Positions 11,933 through 26,094 of a DNA stretch of 64,000 nt are shown here, piece by piece (the stretch's first letter is position 1; every line of letters starts with the position of its first letter). Position numbers and translations under genes: made by a program. This stretch comes from Mobula hypostoma (Eukaryota): the NCBI RefSeq assembly GCF_963921235.1, contig NC_086108.1, positions 29,266,001 to 29,330,000 of the forward strand. Reading direction: 5' to 3'. Below the pieces are notes generated by a model. That model saw only the letters and a list, made by a program, of their open reading frames with translations. It was not told where the DNA came from and did not search any database.

Positions 11933-12489
11933 CAGGGTTTCTGCAGAACTCTACAGTTCGCGGGAGGTAGCTAGGGGTTCCGTGAGAGCCCGGTATAGAC
12001 TCAGACCAGTATGGCAGTGCACAGTAGGACCACGTTTATCTGGTTGAGTCTATTCTCAGTTTTTGATGTGAGATAGTGGAGGTTATTGATGAGCACTGCA
12101 TTGTACAGAGGGGAGGACAGTAGGCTGATGGGGAGCATGAAGTGCATTTTCTGAGCATTGAATGGACTCACCCAACTTGGGCTGTGACATCAGCCTCTCC
12201 CTCCTGAATCACATCCCCCAACTTCCCTTTACACGATGGAGACTGACTTATGGGAGCAAACAGACTCTACCAGTGTAGTAGAAAATTGGAGAGATATTTG
12301 TATTCTAAAGAAGAGATTTTTACACGCTGCAACTCAACTGCTTGCCTGCTGCTTTGCTGTTGTAAACGTTGCAAAAAGTGGATTGTGTAGGTTAGAAGTT
12401 TAGAAGTTTAGAAGTGAATTGTGACGTTTTCATAGTTTTTGTGTTTTTCTCATTTATTTATTATGCTGTTCTTTTTTCTGAGTTCTGTT

Positions 12490-13095
12490 TGAGCTGAAAG
12501 ATGAATTTCAGGAGTACTCACAAGAAAATAGTAGGCCAGATTTTGCTGAGTGCTTTGAAGATGAGGAATGGCTGCAGAAACTAGTCTACTTAGGAGACAT
12601 TTTTCATGATATGAACCAGTTGAACAAGTCTCTGCAAGGCCCTGGACATAATGTTTTGTCTTCAAGCGATGAGATTCTTGGATTTAAAAGGAAACTCAAT
12701 CTTTGGAAAAATTATGTTGCAAAAGGAAATCTTAAAATATTTCCACTGCTTCTTGGGCTTGAGAGTGAGGAAGGATATCAGAAAGTCTTGAGTCATATTG
12801 AAAACCGCCTGGCAGTATTTTCCCTCTCTTTCAACACGTGTATGACTGGCTGAGGGACCCTTTCTCTGAATCTTCTGCTCAGCCTGAGAAATTGACTGTG
12901 AGAGAGAAGGAAGAACTTTGTGAGCTGCACTCTGATCATGCACTCAAGATGAGATTTACTGACCTGCCCCCGGACAAGTTCTGAATTTCTGTGAAAGAAG
13001 AGTATCCTGCCATTCATAGAAAAGTAATAAATATTTTGCTGCAGTTTTCAACTTCTTACATGTGTGAGCAAGCTTTTTCTTGTTTAACAAGCATG
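12490..13095 (+). pseudogene. hAT transposase C-terminal remnant (continues at ~14970-15070)
   Basis: WLQKLVYLGDIFHDMNQLNKSLQG...FKRKLNLWK...FPLL and FSTSYMCEQAFSCL (hAT dimerisation region), with stops and frameshifts. Confidence 0.8.
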
Positions 13096-13096
13096 A

Positions 13097-14950
13097 AACA
13101 TAGAAACATAGAAACATAGAAAATAGGTGCAGGAGTAGGCCATTCGGCCCTCCATTGCACCGCCATTTATTATGATCATGGCTGATCATCCAACTCAGAA
13201 CCCTGCACCAGCCTTCCCTCCATACCCCCTGATCCCCGTAGCCACAAGGGTCATATCTAACTCCCTCGTAAATATAGCCAATGAACTGGCCTCAACTGTT
13301 TCCTGTGGCAGAGAATTCCAGAGATTCACCACTCTCTGTGTGAAGAAGTTTTTCCTAATCTCGGTCCTAAAAGGCTTCCCCTTTATCCTCAAATTGTGAC
13401 CTATCGTTCTGGACTTCCCCAACATCGGGAACAATCTTCCTGCATCTAGCCTGTCCAATCCCTTTAGGGTTTTATACGTTTCAATCAGATCCCCCCTCAG
13501 TCTTCAAAATTCCAACGAGTACAAGCCCAGTTCATCCAGTCTTTCTTCATATGAAAGTCCTGCCATCCCAGGAATCAATCTGGTGAACCTTCTTTGTACT
13601 CCCTCTATGGCAAGGATGTCTTTCCTCAGATTAGGGGACCAAAACTGCACACAATACTCCAGGTGTGGTCTCACCAAGGCCTTGTACAACTGCAGTAGTA
13701 CCTCCCTGCTCCTGTACTCGAATCCTCTCGCTATAAATGCCAGCATACCATTCGCCTTTTTCACCGCCTGCTGTACCTGCATGCCCACTTTCAATGACTG
13801 GTGTATAATGACACCCAGGTCTTGTTGCACCTCCCCTTTTCCTAATCGGCCACCATTCAGATAATAATCTGTTTTCCTATTTTTGCCACCAAAGTGGATG
13901 ACTTCACATTTATCCACATTAAATTGCATCTTCCATGAATTTGCCCACTCACCCAACCTATCCAAGTCACCCTGCATCCTCTTAGCATCCTCCTCACAGC
14001 TAACACTGCCACCCAGCTTCGTGTCATCCGCAAACTTGGAGATGCTGCATTTAATTCCCTCATCCAAGTCATTAAATATATATTGTAAACAACTGGGGTC
14101 CCAGCACTGAGCCTTGCGGTACCCCACTAGTCACTGCCTGCCATTCTGAAAAGGTCCCGTTTATTCCCACTCTTTGCTTCCTGTCTGCTAACCAATTCTC
14201 TATCCACATCAATACCTTACCCCCAATACCGTGTGCTTTAAGTTTGCACACTAATCTCCTGTGTGGGACCTTGTTAAAAGCCTTTTGAAAATCCAAATAT
14301 ACCACATCCACTGGTTCTTCCCTATCCACTGTACTAGTTACATCCTCAAAAAATTCTATGAGATTCGTCAGACATGATTTTCCTTTCACAAATCCATGCT
14401 GACTTTGTCTGATGATTTCACTGCTTTCCAAATGTGCTGTTATCACATCTTTGATAACTGACTCCAGCAGTTTCCCCACCACCGACATTAGGCTAACCGG
14501 TCTATAATTCCCCGGTTTCTCTCTCCCTCCTTTTTTAAAAAGTGGGGTTACATTAGCCACCCTCCAATCCTCAGGAACTAGTCCAGAATCTAACGAATTT
14601 TGAAAAATTATCACTAATGCATCCACTATTTCTTGGGCTACTTCCTTAAGCACTCTGGGATGCAGACCATCTGGCCCTGGGGATTTATCTGCCTTTAATC
14701 CCTTCAATTTACCCAACACCACTTCCTTACTAACATGTATTTCGCTCAGTTCCTCCATCTCCCTGGACCCTCTGTCCCCTACTATTTCTGGAAGATTATT
14801 TATGTCCTCCTTCGTGAAGACAGAACCAAAGTAATTATTCAATTGGTCAGCCATGTCCTTGCTCCCCATAATCAATTCACCTGTTTCTGTCTGTAGGGGA
14901 CCTACATTTGTCTTTACTAGTCTTTTCCTTTTTACATATCTATAAAAGCT
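13097..14950 (-). mobile_element. Young 5'-truncated CR1 LINE (same family as 25998-30378)
   Basis: RT motifs [18 protein letters not shown] and KFADDTK. (CTATGTTT)n tail. One frameshift near 14075. Confidence 0.95.
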
Positions 14951-16035
14951 ATATTTTTACATATCTATGAAGAACAAGGATAGAAATTGTCTCGTTTCAG
15001 TTGTGTGCTTATCTCAAGTTTGACCCAGAAATGAGTATTTGTGCAGCAAAAAACACGTCCAGGTTTCACATGCTAGGCATATATTTGAGCCTGAACAAGT
15101 CACTTAGTTAGAAAATGTTTTTTCAAAGTCTTGTGTAAAATTGTCTTAGCCTATATTTTTATTCATATTGCTTTGGCTTATGGTTTTTAGTAACTTTACT
15201 ATTCAACATTGTCAATAAATTTTCATGTTGTAAATAGCGTTAATTAAAATCAATTTAGAACCTTTATTCAAATTAAATCTACCAATCCTAAATACAGAAA
15301 AGTTAAATCCTATTTTGGCTTAAGCCAGTTATTTAACAGAAATTTATTATGCTTGCTTTATGAGGTTTTAACATCTATGAAAGGGAAAGAGATTAATGTC
15401 AAGAAAAGTAAGCAAAGCTTAACTACCTGTTTATTTTTCCAGGAAAGTTTGGCTAAAAATCCATTCTCTGCTCAAAAGAGCAATGACAATTATTTTTGGA
15501 TTATTATATCTAAAACTTACTGATTGTGCGAACGTACCAGGAACTATAAATATAATAATTTTTATGCAAAGGTTCCCTGAGACCTGAAAATTATTTCAAG
15601 CATTCCTCCAGGGCAAAAAGCATGAGAAAAGCTGGTGTAGGTTTTTCCTGAATAACTTGATTACCTCCCACATTCCAAGGAAGTGTCAGTAGGTTAACCC
15701 TCAGTGTAATTAGAAGAAGTAAAAGAACTGAAATAAATTGATAGACATCAGAAAGGATTAGGTGACGGGGGAAAGGTAGGAAAATTAGAGTCATGGTAAT
15801 CCTCCACTGGAAACTGGTTTGGATCTCATAGGCTGATGTCTGCCTTCTGTCCTCACTAAAGCTGGGGAAAGCATTGCCAATTTGCATTGCTGCATTGTAA
15901 TTAAAATAACTTTTAGCTTTATAGTTTCATTGTTGCTTCTGAGTCAAAAAATATACAATCTACTTCTCACCTAAAATTTCTGAGTTGTTTTTTACACTCA
16001 GAGGAACTGAGTGCCTACCCACTATATAAGTTGGG

Positions 16036-17940
16036 AATTGAATTGAATTGACTTTATTACTCACATCCTTCATATACATGAGGAGTAAAAATCTTTAAGT
16101 TGCATCTGCGTTTAAATGTGCAATGTGTAATTCATAGTAATTTATAATAAATAGTATGTACAACAGGACAGTCAATATAATATAGAAATACAATTGTATC
16201 AGCGTGAATTATTCAGTCTGATGGCCTGGTGGAAGAAGCTGTCCCAGACACTGTTGCTCCTGGCTTTTATGCTGCAGTACCATTTCCCGGATGGTACCAG
16301 CTGGAACAGTTTGTGGTTGGGATGACTCGGGTCCCCAATGATCCTTAGGGCCCTTTTTACACACCTGTCCTTGTAAATGTTTTGAATAGTGGGAAGTTCA
16401 CATCTACAGATGCACTGGGCTATCTCTGCAGAATCCTGCAACGCAGCCAGTCAGGATGCTCTCAATTGTGCCCCTGTAGAAAGTTCTTAGGATCTGGGGG
16501 CCCATACCGAACTTCCTCAACCGTCTGACGTGAAAGAGGTGCTGTTGTGCCTTTTTCACCACATTGCTAATATGTACAGACCACGTGAGACCCTAGGTGA
16601 TGTGTATGCTGAGGAACTTAAAACTGTTCATCCTCTCAACCTCAGTTCCATTGATGTCAATAGGGGTGAGCCTGTCTCCATTCCTCCTGTAGTCCACAAT
16701 CTTTGTTTTTGCGACATTGGGAGAGAGGTTGTTTTCTTGACACCACTGTGTCAGGGTGATGACTTCTTCTTTGTTGGCTGCCTCATTATTATTTGAGATT
16801 AGGCCAATCAGTGTAGTATTGTCAGAAAATTTAATTAGCAGATTGGAGCTGTGGGTGACGACGCAGTCATGGGTGTACAGAGAGTAAAGGAGGGGGCTTA
16901 GGACACAGCCCAGGGGTACCTGTGTTGAGGGGCAGAGGGGCAGAGGTGAGGGAGCCCACTCTTTCCACCTGCCGGCGATCTGACAGGAAGTCCAAAATCT
17001 AGCTACACAAGGCAGGGTGAAGATCGAAGTTTCTGAGCTTCTTGTCAAAGCTGGAGGAAATTAAGGTGTTGAATGCTGAACTGTAGTCCAGCATTCTCAC
17101 GTAAGCATCCTTCTTCTCTAGATGTGTAAGGACGGTGTGAAGAGCTGTGGCTATTGTGTCATCTGTCGATCGGTCGTGTCGGTAGGCAAGTTGTAGGGGT
17201 CCAGTGTGGGTGGCAGCATGCTGTAGATGTAGTCTTTGACCAGTCTCTCAAAGCATTTGCTTATTATTGAGGTGAGTGTGACAGGACACCCGTCATTCAG
17301 ACATGTTACTCTGGTCTTTTTAGGTATAGGAACAATGGTGGATGTTTTGAAGCAGGGGGGCACTCCACACTGGGAGAGGGAGAGATTAAAAACGTCTGTA
17401 AACACACCTGCCAGTTGCGCTGCGCACACTCTGAGTACCCGCACTAGGATGCTGTCCGGTCCTGTAGCCTTGTGACTGTCCACAAGGCTACAGGGGCTCA
17501 GTGTTGGCAACATCAAATCGAGCGTAAAAGAGATTGAGCTCATCTGGGAAAGAGGCAGCAATGTTAGAAACTCCACTGTGTTTAGCTTTGAAGTCTGCAA
17601 TGGCATGCAGACCTTGCCATAAACTACGTGTGTTGGTGGTGAAGAGTTGTGTCTGATCTTGTCCCTTAATTGTTGTTTCACTGCCTTGACGACTTTGCGT
17701 AGATTGCAGCTTCATTTCTTGAGTCCCTGTTGGTCACTGGCAACGTAAGCCCCGTGTCAGGCGGTAAGTGCTGCTCTCACAGAACTGTTGATGCAGGGTT
17801 TCTGGGTTGGATAGACCCTGACCGATTTCTGGGGGACAACATCCTCGATGCACTTCTGGATGAAACTTGTGACCCCATCCGTGAACTCGAGGACATCCTC
17901 ATCATGGAAGACATTCTAGGGATGGATCACTTGCAAACGT
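16036..17940 (-). mobile_element. Rex1/Babar LINE, degraded RT region and 3' end
   Basis: KATGPD...CFKTSTIVPIPKK...KCFERLV and GCVLSPLLYSLYTHDC...KFSDNTT motifs. (TTCAA)n tail. Confidence 0.9.
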
Positions 17941-18729
17941 AGAAATGCTTGCTTTCAATGAAGAAACATGTGAGTCTCTGTATGGACTGTAAATTCTCCT
18001 GCTATTCTCCAAGAAAAAGGTGACATCAACTATCTTATTTTTCACTGAAAAAATATTTTAAAAATATAACCAATCAGCCTGAGCATTCATTATAAGGTTT
18101 GGATTGATTTGATGTTTCTGGAAAAAGCTTCTTATCAAATTGACTTCTTGCTGTTCCTCAAGTTCACAATGCCCCTCCATTAAAATAGAAAGACTTCAAC
18201 AAAGGGTTCTAATTGACTTGTAGGAGGCAGTGTTATGAAAGTTTAATGTGGCCTGACCTTTCATAATTTAATATAGAATTTAATGTGCATTCTGTTAGCA
18301 AATTTTAGCATCACTGTCTTTCAACAATGCTATGTCAGGGAACGAGCCCTCAGAAATGTTTGACAATGGGCATATGTTTGGTGTTGTCTTTGAAGTTCAT
18401 CAAATCAGTCTACTCTCTTCAGGATCCAGAATACCGTACTTGTTCTTTTTATGGAAGTTATTATTTATGCTCCTTTCCATCATGTGCAGTGAAGAAAGAG
18501 TTGGGTTCTCCCTTACATATTCTATCTAGAAATCATAATGGAGGAATCTGGGATGCTGGCTGCACTGCATGATTCTTTAATTATGAGACGGTGTCCAGCT
18601 TTTTCATGATTAGTATGTGGAACAATCTCCTGACCACAAAGTAGCTAAGTGTACTCCAGAATCAAGGTCTACATTGGGTGGTCATCCCATTTTAATGTTA
18701 CTGACATTTCACATATCTCATTGATACTT

Positions 18730-19030
18730 AGAGTCAGAGTCGTACAGCACAGAAGCCGACTCCTTGGCCCTCCATTTTCATGTCAACCATTTTACTTAGT
18801 TATATTGGTCTCTTTTGCCTTCATTTAGTCATAGCTTTCTTTGATTTTGTGATTCAGGTGCTTATCTGGATGCTTGTTAAAGATAGTGAGTACCTACCAC
18901 CTTCTCAGATGGTATCTTCCAAATTCTCTGTATGAAAAAATTCCTCTTCAGATTTCCTCTAAATCTTCTACCACTCACATTATGCCTATGTCTTCTTCTT
19001 TTGGATGTTCCTACCATCAACTATGGAAAT
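18730..19030 (-). mobile_element. Highly degraded CR1 3' end
   Basis: Similar to CR1 3' UTR and C-terminal sequence elsewhere in the window. Confidence 0.4.
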
Positions 19031-19152
19031 GTATCTGTAACCCTGAAGCATTTATGAATTCGTAACTTTTATAAAATGTAATGTGACAAAATAGAACCTG
19101 TGTGATCCCAGTGTGTTTTGCTGGTTTGTTGACGTGGTTGAATGGGAATGGG

Positions 19153-19957
19153 AATAGAACATAGAACATAGCACAGTACAGGCCCTTCAGCCCACAATGT
19201 TGTGCCGACCCTCAGACTCTGCATCCCATATAACCCCCCACCTTAAATTCCTCCATATACCTGTCTAGTAATCTCTTAAACTTCTCTAGTGTATCTGCCT
19301 CCACCACTGACTCAGGCAGTGCATTCCATGCACCAACCACTCTCTGAGTAAAAAACCTTCCTCTAATATCCCCCTTGAACTTCCCACCCCTTACCTTAAA
19401 GCCATGCCCTCTTGTATTGAGCAGTGGTGCCCTGGGGAGGAGGCACTGGCTATCCACTCTATCTATTCCTCTTATTATCTTGTACACCTCTATCATGTCT
19501 CCTCTCATCCTCCTTCTCTCCAAAGAGTAAAGCCCTAGCTCCCTTAATCTCTGATCATAATGCATACTCTCTAAACCAGGCAGCATCCTGGTAAATCTCC
19601 TCTGTAACTTTTCCAAAGCTTCCACATCCTTCCTATAGTGAGGCAACCAGAACTGGACACAGTACTCGAAGTGTGGCCTAACCAGAGTTCTATAGATCTG
19701 CATCATTACATCGCGACTCTTAAACTCTAACCCTCGACTTATGAAAGCTAACATCCCATAAGCTTTCTTAACTACCCTATCCACCTGTGAGGCAACTTTC
19801 AGGAATCTGTGGACATGTACCCCCAGATCCCCCTGCTCCTCCACACTACCAAGTATCCTGCCATTTACTTTGTACTCTGCCTTGGAGTTTGTCCTTCCAA
19901 GGTGTACCACCTCACACTTCTCCGGGTTGAACTCCATCTGCCACTTCTCAGCCCACT
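19153..19957 (-). mobile_element. Young 5'-truncated CR1 (second family), uninterrupted 241-aa ORF2 C-terminus
   Basis: ORF 19212-19937 MEFNPEKCEV...RRMRGDMIEVYK...FFTQRVV. (TTCTATG)n tail. Confidence 0.95.
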
Positions 19958-21179
19958 TGCAGCATATGTGACTTATAGCAGGGTATGTGTTTTACGGCAG
20001 AAAGCGTTTTGGCAGCCGAGAAAAACAGGACACGGCAATTGGGAGGGAGAAGACTCATAGAAAAATGGGCTCATTTAAGATGGGCGCAGATAAGATGGAA
20101 TGACCTCAAAGATATGAAGCTGACGAATTACTGGATTCCGTAAATGTATGAAAATGATTTGTTTTGAACTGTAAGATTGAAGCTATCTCCCAACCACTGA
20201 CAGTATGGAGGTAGACTTTTCCTTGCAAGTAATAAAAGCACTAATAATTTGATCCACTCTGAGTTTCTTCAAGTTTGTTACTGTATATTAGAAGATCTAG
20301 CTAAACACTACACAATACTACCCTATTCCCCTCAAAATTTTACGTTTCTCTTTCAGTTTGCTCTCAGCTTCCTCCTCTTTGTGGGAGACAAAACTAACCA
20401 ATCTAGTATTTGCTTATAACAGGACTGTTTCAATTCAGACATTTCCTATGCATGCTCTCCAGCACAATCACGTCCTTAAACTGGGCCACTCTGAGCGCAA
20501 TTAAGAATAAACCAACTTTGCGGTCAGGTATCATGTCTGACATGTTTTTTTTTTGCATTCTAATAAGTACACTAACTGTACCAGGTGGTTTTTACAGCTA
20601 TCTGATAATTTTATTGCATCACTACAGATGTTAGTTTCCTTAATTAAAATATTTAATTAACTGGATTTAAATTCCCCATTTTCCACAGGGGGATTAGCAC
20701 TCCTGTTCTCTGGATTAATGGCCCAGTAATTTAACCACTATTCAAATGAAAATTCAAACTCAATAGCCTTGCTTTGGATTGACTGCCATCCTGATTTTGC
20801 AGCTAATTATAGTTAATCCTTTCAGCTATTGATTTCCATTGTATCATTTACCTTACTGGGTTGTATTACAGTGACTTTGCCACCGAGATAGAACCAGCCT
20901 TCAGATGCTGTTTGCAAAAATATTTTCTCTCCAGAAATCACAAGATAGTGACTTGGATGCAAAACCTGGTTATACAGACATTACGTAATACAGGTTAGAA
21001 AAAGGACTAATAGTTCCCTGTGTCCACATCAACTATCAAGAATCCATCCGTCCTAATCCCCTTTACCAGCACTTGGTCCTTGGATTTCTATGCCTTGGTA
21101 ATTCAAGTATTTGTTTAGATATTTCTGAAAAGATGTGTGAGTAACTGCTTGTCCAACCATCAGGCAGCACATTCAGATT

Positions 21180-24100
21180 CCAAGGTTTATTATCACTAAC
21201 ATATGTCGAGAAATTGGTTGTTTTGGGGTAGCAGTGCAGTGCAAGTCAAAAAAATCAATATAAATTGCAAAATAAAAAATTAGTGCACCAACAAGAAATA
21301 ATATTTATGGATACATACGCTGTTCAGAAATCTAATGGCAGAGGGAAATAAGCTGGTCCTCAGTCACTGGATATGGGTCTTTAGGCTTCTGTACCTCCTC
21401 TTTGATGGTAGTAATTAGAAAAGGACGTGTCCTGGGTGGTGAGAGTCCTTAGTAGTGGATGCTGCCCTCTTAAAGATGTTCTTGATGTTCGTCTGGTTTG
21501 TGCCCGTGATGGAGCTAGCTGAGCCTATAACCTTCTATACCGCATTGTGTTCCAGTGCATTGCAGTCTCCATACCAGGCCATGATCAACCAGTCAGAATG
21601 CTCTCCACTGTACATCTACAGAAATTTTCAAGAATCCTTATTACATACCAAACCTTCTCAAACTTCAAATGAAATATAGAAACATAGAAAACTTATAGCC
21701 CACAAAGCTGTGCCGAACATGTCCTTACCTTAGAAATTACCTAGGGTTACCCATAGCCCTCTATTTTTCTAAGCTCCATGTACCTATCCAGGAGTCTCTT
21801 AAAAGACCCTATCGTATCTGCCTCCACCACAGTCGCTGGCAACCCATTCCACGCACTCACCACTCTCTGCGTAAAAAACTTACCCTGACATCTCCTCTGT
21901 ACCTACTTCAAAGTACCTTAAAACTGTGCCCTCTCGTGCTAGCCATCTCAGCCTTGGGAAAAAGCCTCTGACTATCCACTCTCATCCTCCGTCGCTCCAA
22001 GGAAAAAAGGCTGAATTCACTCAACCTATTCTCCTAAGGCATGCTCCCCAATCCAGGCAACATCCTTGTAAATCTCCTCTGTACCCTTTCTATGGTTTCT
22101 ACATCCTTCCTGTAGTGAGGCAACCAGAACTGAGCACGGTACTCCAAGTGGGGTCTGACCAGGGTCCTATATAGCTGCAACATTACCTCTCGGCTCCTAA
22201 ACTCAATCCCATGATTGATGAAGGCCAATACACCATATGCTTTCTTAACCACAGAGTCAACCTACACAGCAGCTTTAAGTGTCTTATGGACTCGGAACCC
22301 AAGATCACTCTGATCCTCCACACTACCAAGAGTCTTACCATTAATGCTATATTCTGCCATCATATTTGACCTACCAAAATGAACCACCTCACACTTACGT
22401 GGGTTGAACTCCATCTGCCACTTCTCAGCCCAGTTTTGCATCCTATCAATGTCCTGTTGTAACCTCTGACAGCCCTCCACACTATCCACAATACCTTCAA
22501 CCTTTGCGTCATCAGCAAATTTACTAACACATCCCTCCATTCTTCATCCAGGTCATTTATAAAAATCACGAAGAGTAGGGGTCTCAAAACAGATCCCTGA
22601 GGCACACCACTGGTGACCGACCTCCATGCAGAATATGACCTGTCTACAGCCACTCTTTGCCTTCTGTGGGCAAGCCAATTCTGGATCCACAAAGCAATGT
22701 CCCCCTGGATTCCATGCCTCTTTACTTTCTCAATAAGCCTTGCAAGGGGTACCTTATCAAATGCCTTGCTGAAATCCATATACACTACATCTACTGCTCT
22801 ACCTTCATCACGTGTTTAGTCACATTCTCAAAAAATGCAATCAGGCTCATAAGGCACGACCTGCCTTTAACAAGGCCATGCTGACTATTCCTAATCATAT
22901 TATACCTCTCCAAATGTTCATAAATCCTGCCTCTCAGGATCTTCTCCATCAACTTACCAACCACTGAAGTAAGACTCACTGGTCTATAATTTCCTGGGCT
23001 ATCTCTACTCCCTTTCTTGAATAATGGAACAACACCCGCAACCCTCCAATCCTCCAGAACTTCTCTCATCCCCATTGATGATACAAAGATCATCGCCAGA
23101 GGTTCAGCAATCTCCTCCCTTGCCTCCCACAGTAGCCTTGGGTACATCTCATCCAGTCCCGGTGACTTATCCAACTTGATACTTTCCAAAAGCTCCAGCA
23201 CATCCTCCTCTTTAATATCTACCTGTTCAAGCTTTTCAGTCATCCCTACAATCGCCAAGATCCTTTTCTGTAGTGAATACTGAAGCAAAGTATTCATTAA
23301 GTACCTCTGCTATCTCCTCCAGTTCCATACACACTTTTCCACTGTCACACTTGATTGGTCCTATTCTCTCACATCTTATCCTCTTGCTCTTCACATACTT
23401 GTAGAATGCCTTGGGTTTTCCTTAATCCTGTCCACCAAAGCCTTCTCATGGCCCCTTCTGGCTCTCCTAATTTCATTCTTAAGCTCCTTCCTGCTAGCCT
23501 TATAACCTTCTAGATCTCTATCATTACCTAGTTTTTTGAACCTTTCATAAGCTCTTCTTTTCTTTTTTGACTAGATTTACAGCAGCCTTTGTACAACACA
23601 GTTCCTGTACCTTACCATCCTTTCCCTGTCTCTTTGGAACGTACCTATGCAGAGCGCCATGCAAAGATCCCCTGAACATTTGCCACATTTCTTCTGTACA
23701 TTTCCCTGAGAACATCTGTTTGCAATTTATGCTTCCATGTTCCTGCCTGACAGCTTCATTTTTCCCCTCACTCCAATTAAACGCTTTCCAAACTTGTTTG
23801 TTCCTATCTCTCTCCAAAGCTACGGTAAAGGAGATAGAATTGTGATCACTTTCTCCAAATTGCTCTCCCACTGAGAAATCTGACACCTGACCAGGTTCAT
23901 TTCCCAATACCGGATCAAGTGCAGTCTCTCCTCCTGTAGGCTTATCTACATACTGTGTCAAGAAACCTTCCTGAACACACCTAACAAACTCCACCCTATC
24001 TAAACCCCTCGCTCTATGGGGATGAAGTAAAACTGTGGGCTTGCTTTCTTTGTGATTGTATCAATGTGTTGGGCCTAGGATCCTGACTTCCCCCTTCTTG

Positions 24101-24240
24101 AAGCCCACAATCAATTCCTTGGTTTTGCTGGTGCTAAGTGCATGGTTCCTGTTGGAATACCACTCAAACAGCTGATCTATCTCACTCCTACATGTCTCCT
24201 CATCACTCTGTCAGATTCTGTCAACGAAGTGTTGTCATCA
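21180..24240 (-). mobile_element. Old Rex1/Babar 3' fragment split by the CR1 at 21677-24020
   Basis: Rex1 3' UTR and C-terminus at 21180-21676; the sequence resumes at ~24022. Confidence 0.65.
21677..24020 (-). mobile_element. CR1 LINE, 5'-truncated within the endonuclease, frameshifted
   Basis: SDHN endonuclease motif, [22 protein letters not shown] and KFADD. atagaaacatag tail. Confidence 0.92.
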
Positions 24241-25284
24241 AGTTCAACTTCAAATTTATTGTTATCTGACTGTATAGTGACATGAAACAATGTTCCTCCG
24301 GACCATGGTGCACCTACAATACATATGTCACATACAGCATTCAAAACAGAATATCACCACATATACATTAATAAAATATAATTCAAAATGTACGTAACGT
24401 GCACAGCAGCTGAAAACAGTAAGCAATACATGTAAACAGTAAACAGTTTGCTCATGTAAACAAGCTGTCAGCCTGTCTGGCAGTCCTGTTGCTCATGCTC
24501 CTGTTCCCCCTTCCTGACTGTAGAGGGTCAAAGATGTGTCCAGACTGTGCTTAGACACACAGTCATGAGTGTAGACAGCATAGCACTCTACTCTCATTTC
24601 CATGGGATAAGCACACATCCTTGAGGATAGCCTGGGATACATTTCATCTGACCTTAGGGATTTTGCAATTTTTAAGCCTAATAAGACATCTAATACCTCC
24701 TCTTAGTGATTACATGTTCTATAAATCCACCACCCACCTAAATTTTCATACTCCACTGTCCTTCTCCTTAAAGAACACAGATGATACCTTTTCATTTAAA
24801 ACTTAATCTATTTCCATGGCTCTGTGCCATTTTGATCCCCGATGGGTCTCACTCTTTCCATGGTTACTCTCTTAGTTCTAACAAATTTATAAAGTGCCTA
24901 TGGATTTTCCTTAATCATGTCCTCTCATTATATTTTGTGACTCCTCTTTGCTCTCCTAATTAATATTTTAAGTACTGCCCTAGGCTGTAGACACAGTTAA
25001 AGGCCCTCCCTTTATGGAAGCCAGATGTTTCCTTTTTTCCTTTATCGAGCGCTTGGTAACCCTTGCAATCCAGAGTTGCTTGGATTTACTTTTTGTCTTT
25101 ATGTGAATGTATTGGCCTTGAACTCTCACTATTCCACTGTTGAATGAGAGCCCCATGCGCCATGTGGACCTTTCTGCAGGTGGCTGCTCCCAGTTTATCT
25201 TTGCTAGTTTCTGTTAAGGATATTGAAAGTAATCTTCCATTCATCCTTACCCCTTTCCATAACTATTTCACAACCTCTGAAGTG

Positions 25285-25997
25285 CTTAGACTGCCTTTGG
25301 AATATTGTGAGCAGTTTTGGGCCCTGTATCTTAAGAAAAGATATGCTGGCCCTGGAGAGGGTGAAGAGGAGGTTCACAAGATTGATCTAAGGAATGAAAT
25401 ATTTGATGTATTTATTTTTATTTAGAGATAAAGGGTGAAATAAGCCCTTCCAGTCCTTAGAGTCGCACCAACAAACAACCCAACCAACACCTGATTTAAC
25501 CCTAGCCTAATCATGGGACAGTTTACAATGACCAATTAACCTACTAACCAACAAGTCTTTGGACTGTGGGAGGAAACTGGAGGACCCGAGGAAAACCCAC
25601 ACATTCCACAAGGAGGGCATACAGAGACCCCTTATAGAGGACGTCAGAATTGAACTCCAAACTCTGACGCCCCGAGCTGTAATAACATCGCTCTAACTGC
25701 TAGGCTGCTATGTTGGGAGGAGTATTTGATGTTTCCGGGTCTGTATTCAATGGTATTCAAAAGGATAAGGGGGATCTCTTTGAAGCCCAAAATGGCCTGG
25801 ATAAATTAGGTATGGAATGGCCTGGATAAGTTAGGTATGGAATGTATGTTTCTATTAGCAGGAGAATCTAGGATCCAAATGCACAGCCTCAGAATAAAGG
25901 GACATCCCTTTAACACAGAAGAAGAGCCAGAGGGTAGTGAATCTGTGAAATCCATTACTTCAGAGGGCTGCAAAGGCCAAATCATCATGTGTATTTA
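25285..25997 (+). mobile_element. Old CR1 3' fragment (continues at ~30380-30550), interrupted by a SINE and by the full-length CR1
   Basis: RLPLEYCEQFWALYL followed by degenerate CR1 C-terminal sequence. Confidence 0.6.
25410..25710 (-). mobile_element. V-SINE/HE1-like SINE
   Basis: Reverse complement of the V-domain (tttggactgtgggaggaaactggag...ggaaaacccac) and a tRNA-like head. Confidence 0.7.
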
Positions 25998-26094
25998 TAG
26001 AAACATAGAAACATAGAAAATAGGTGCAGAAGTAGGCCATTCGGCCCTTCGAGCCTGCACCGCCATTTATTATGATCATGGCTGATCATCCAAC

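Larger units (their letters stand above)
11933..15634 (+). mobile_element. Internally deleted hAT (Buster/Charlie-type) transposon
   Basis: Imperfect TIRs CAGGGTTTCT / AGAAAAGCTG. 8-bp TSD GTGTAGGT (11925-11932 and 15635-15642) with the central TA typical of Buster/Charlie elements. Confidence 0.85.

Noticed and set aside
25791..25844. 25-bp tandem duplication (and a 21-bp one at ~4230-4271)
   Set aside because: Ordinary slippage duplications inside decayed LINEs.
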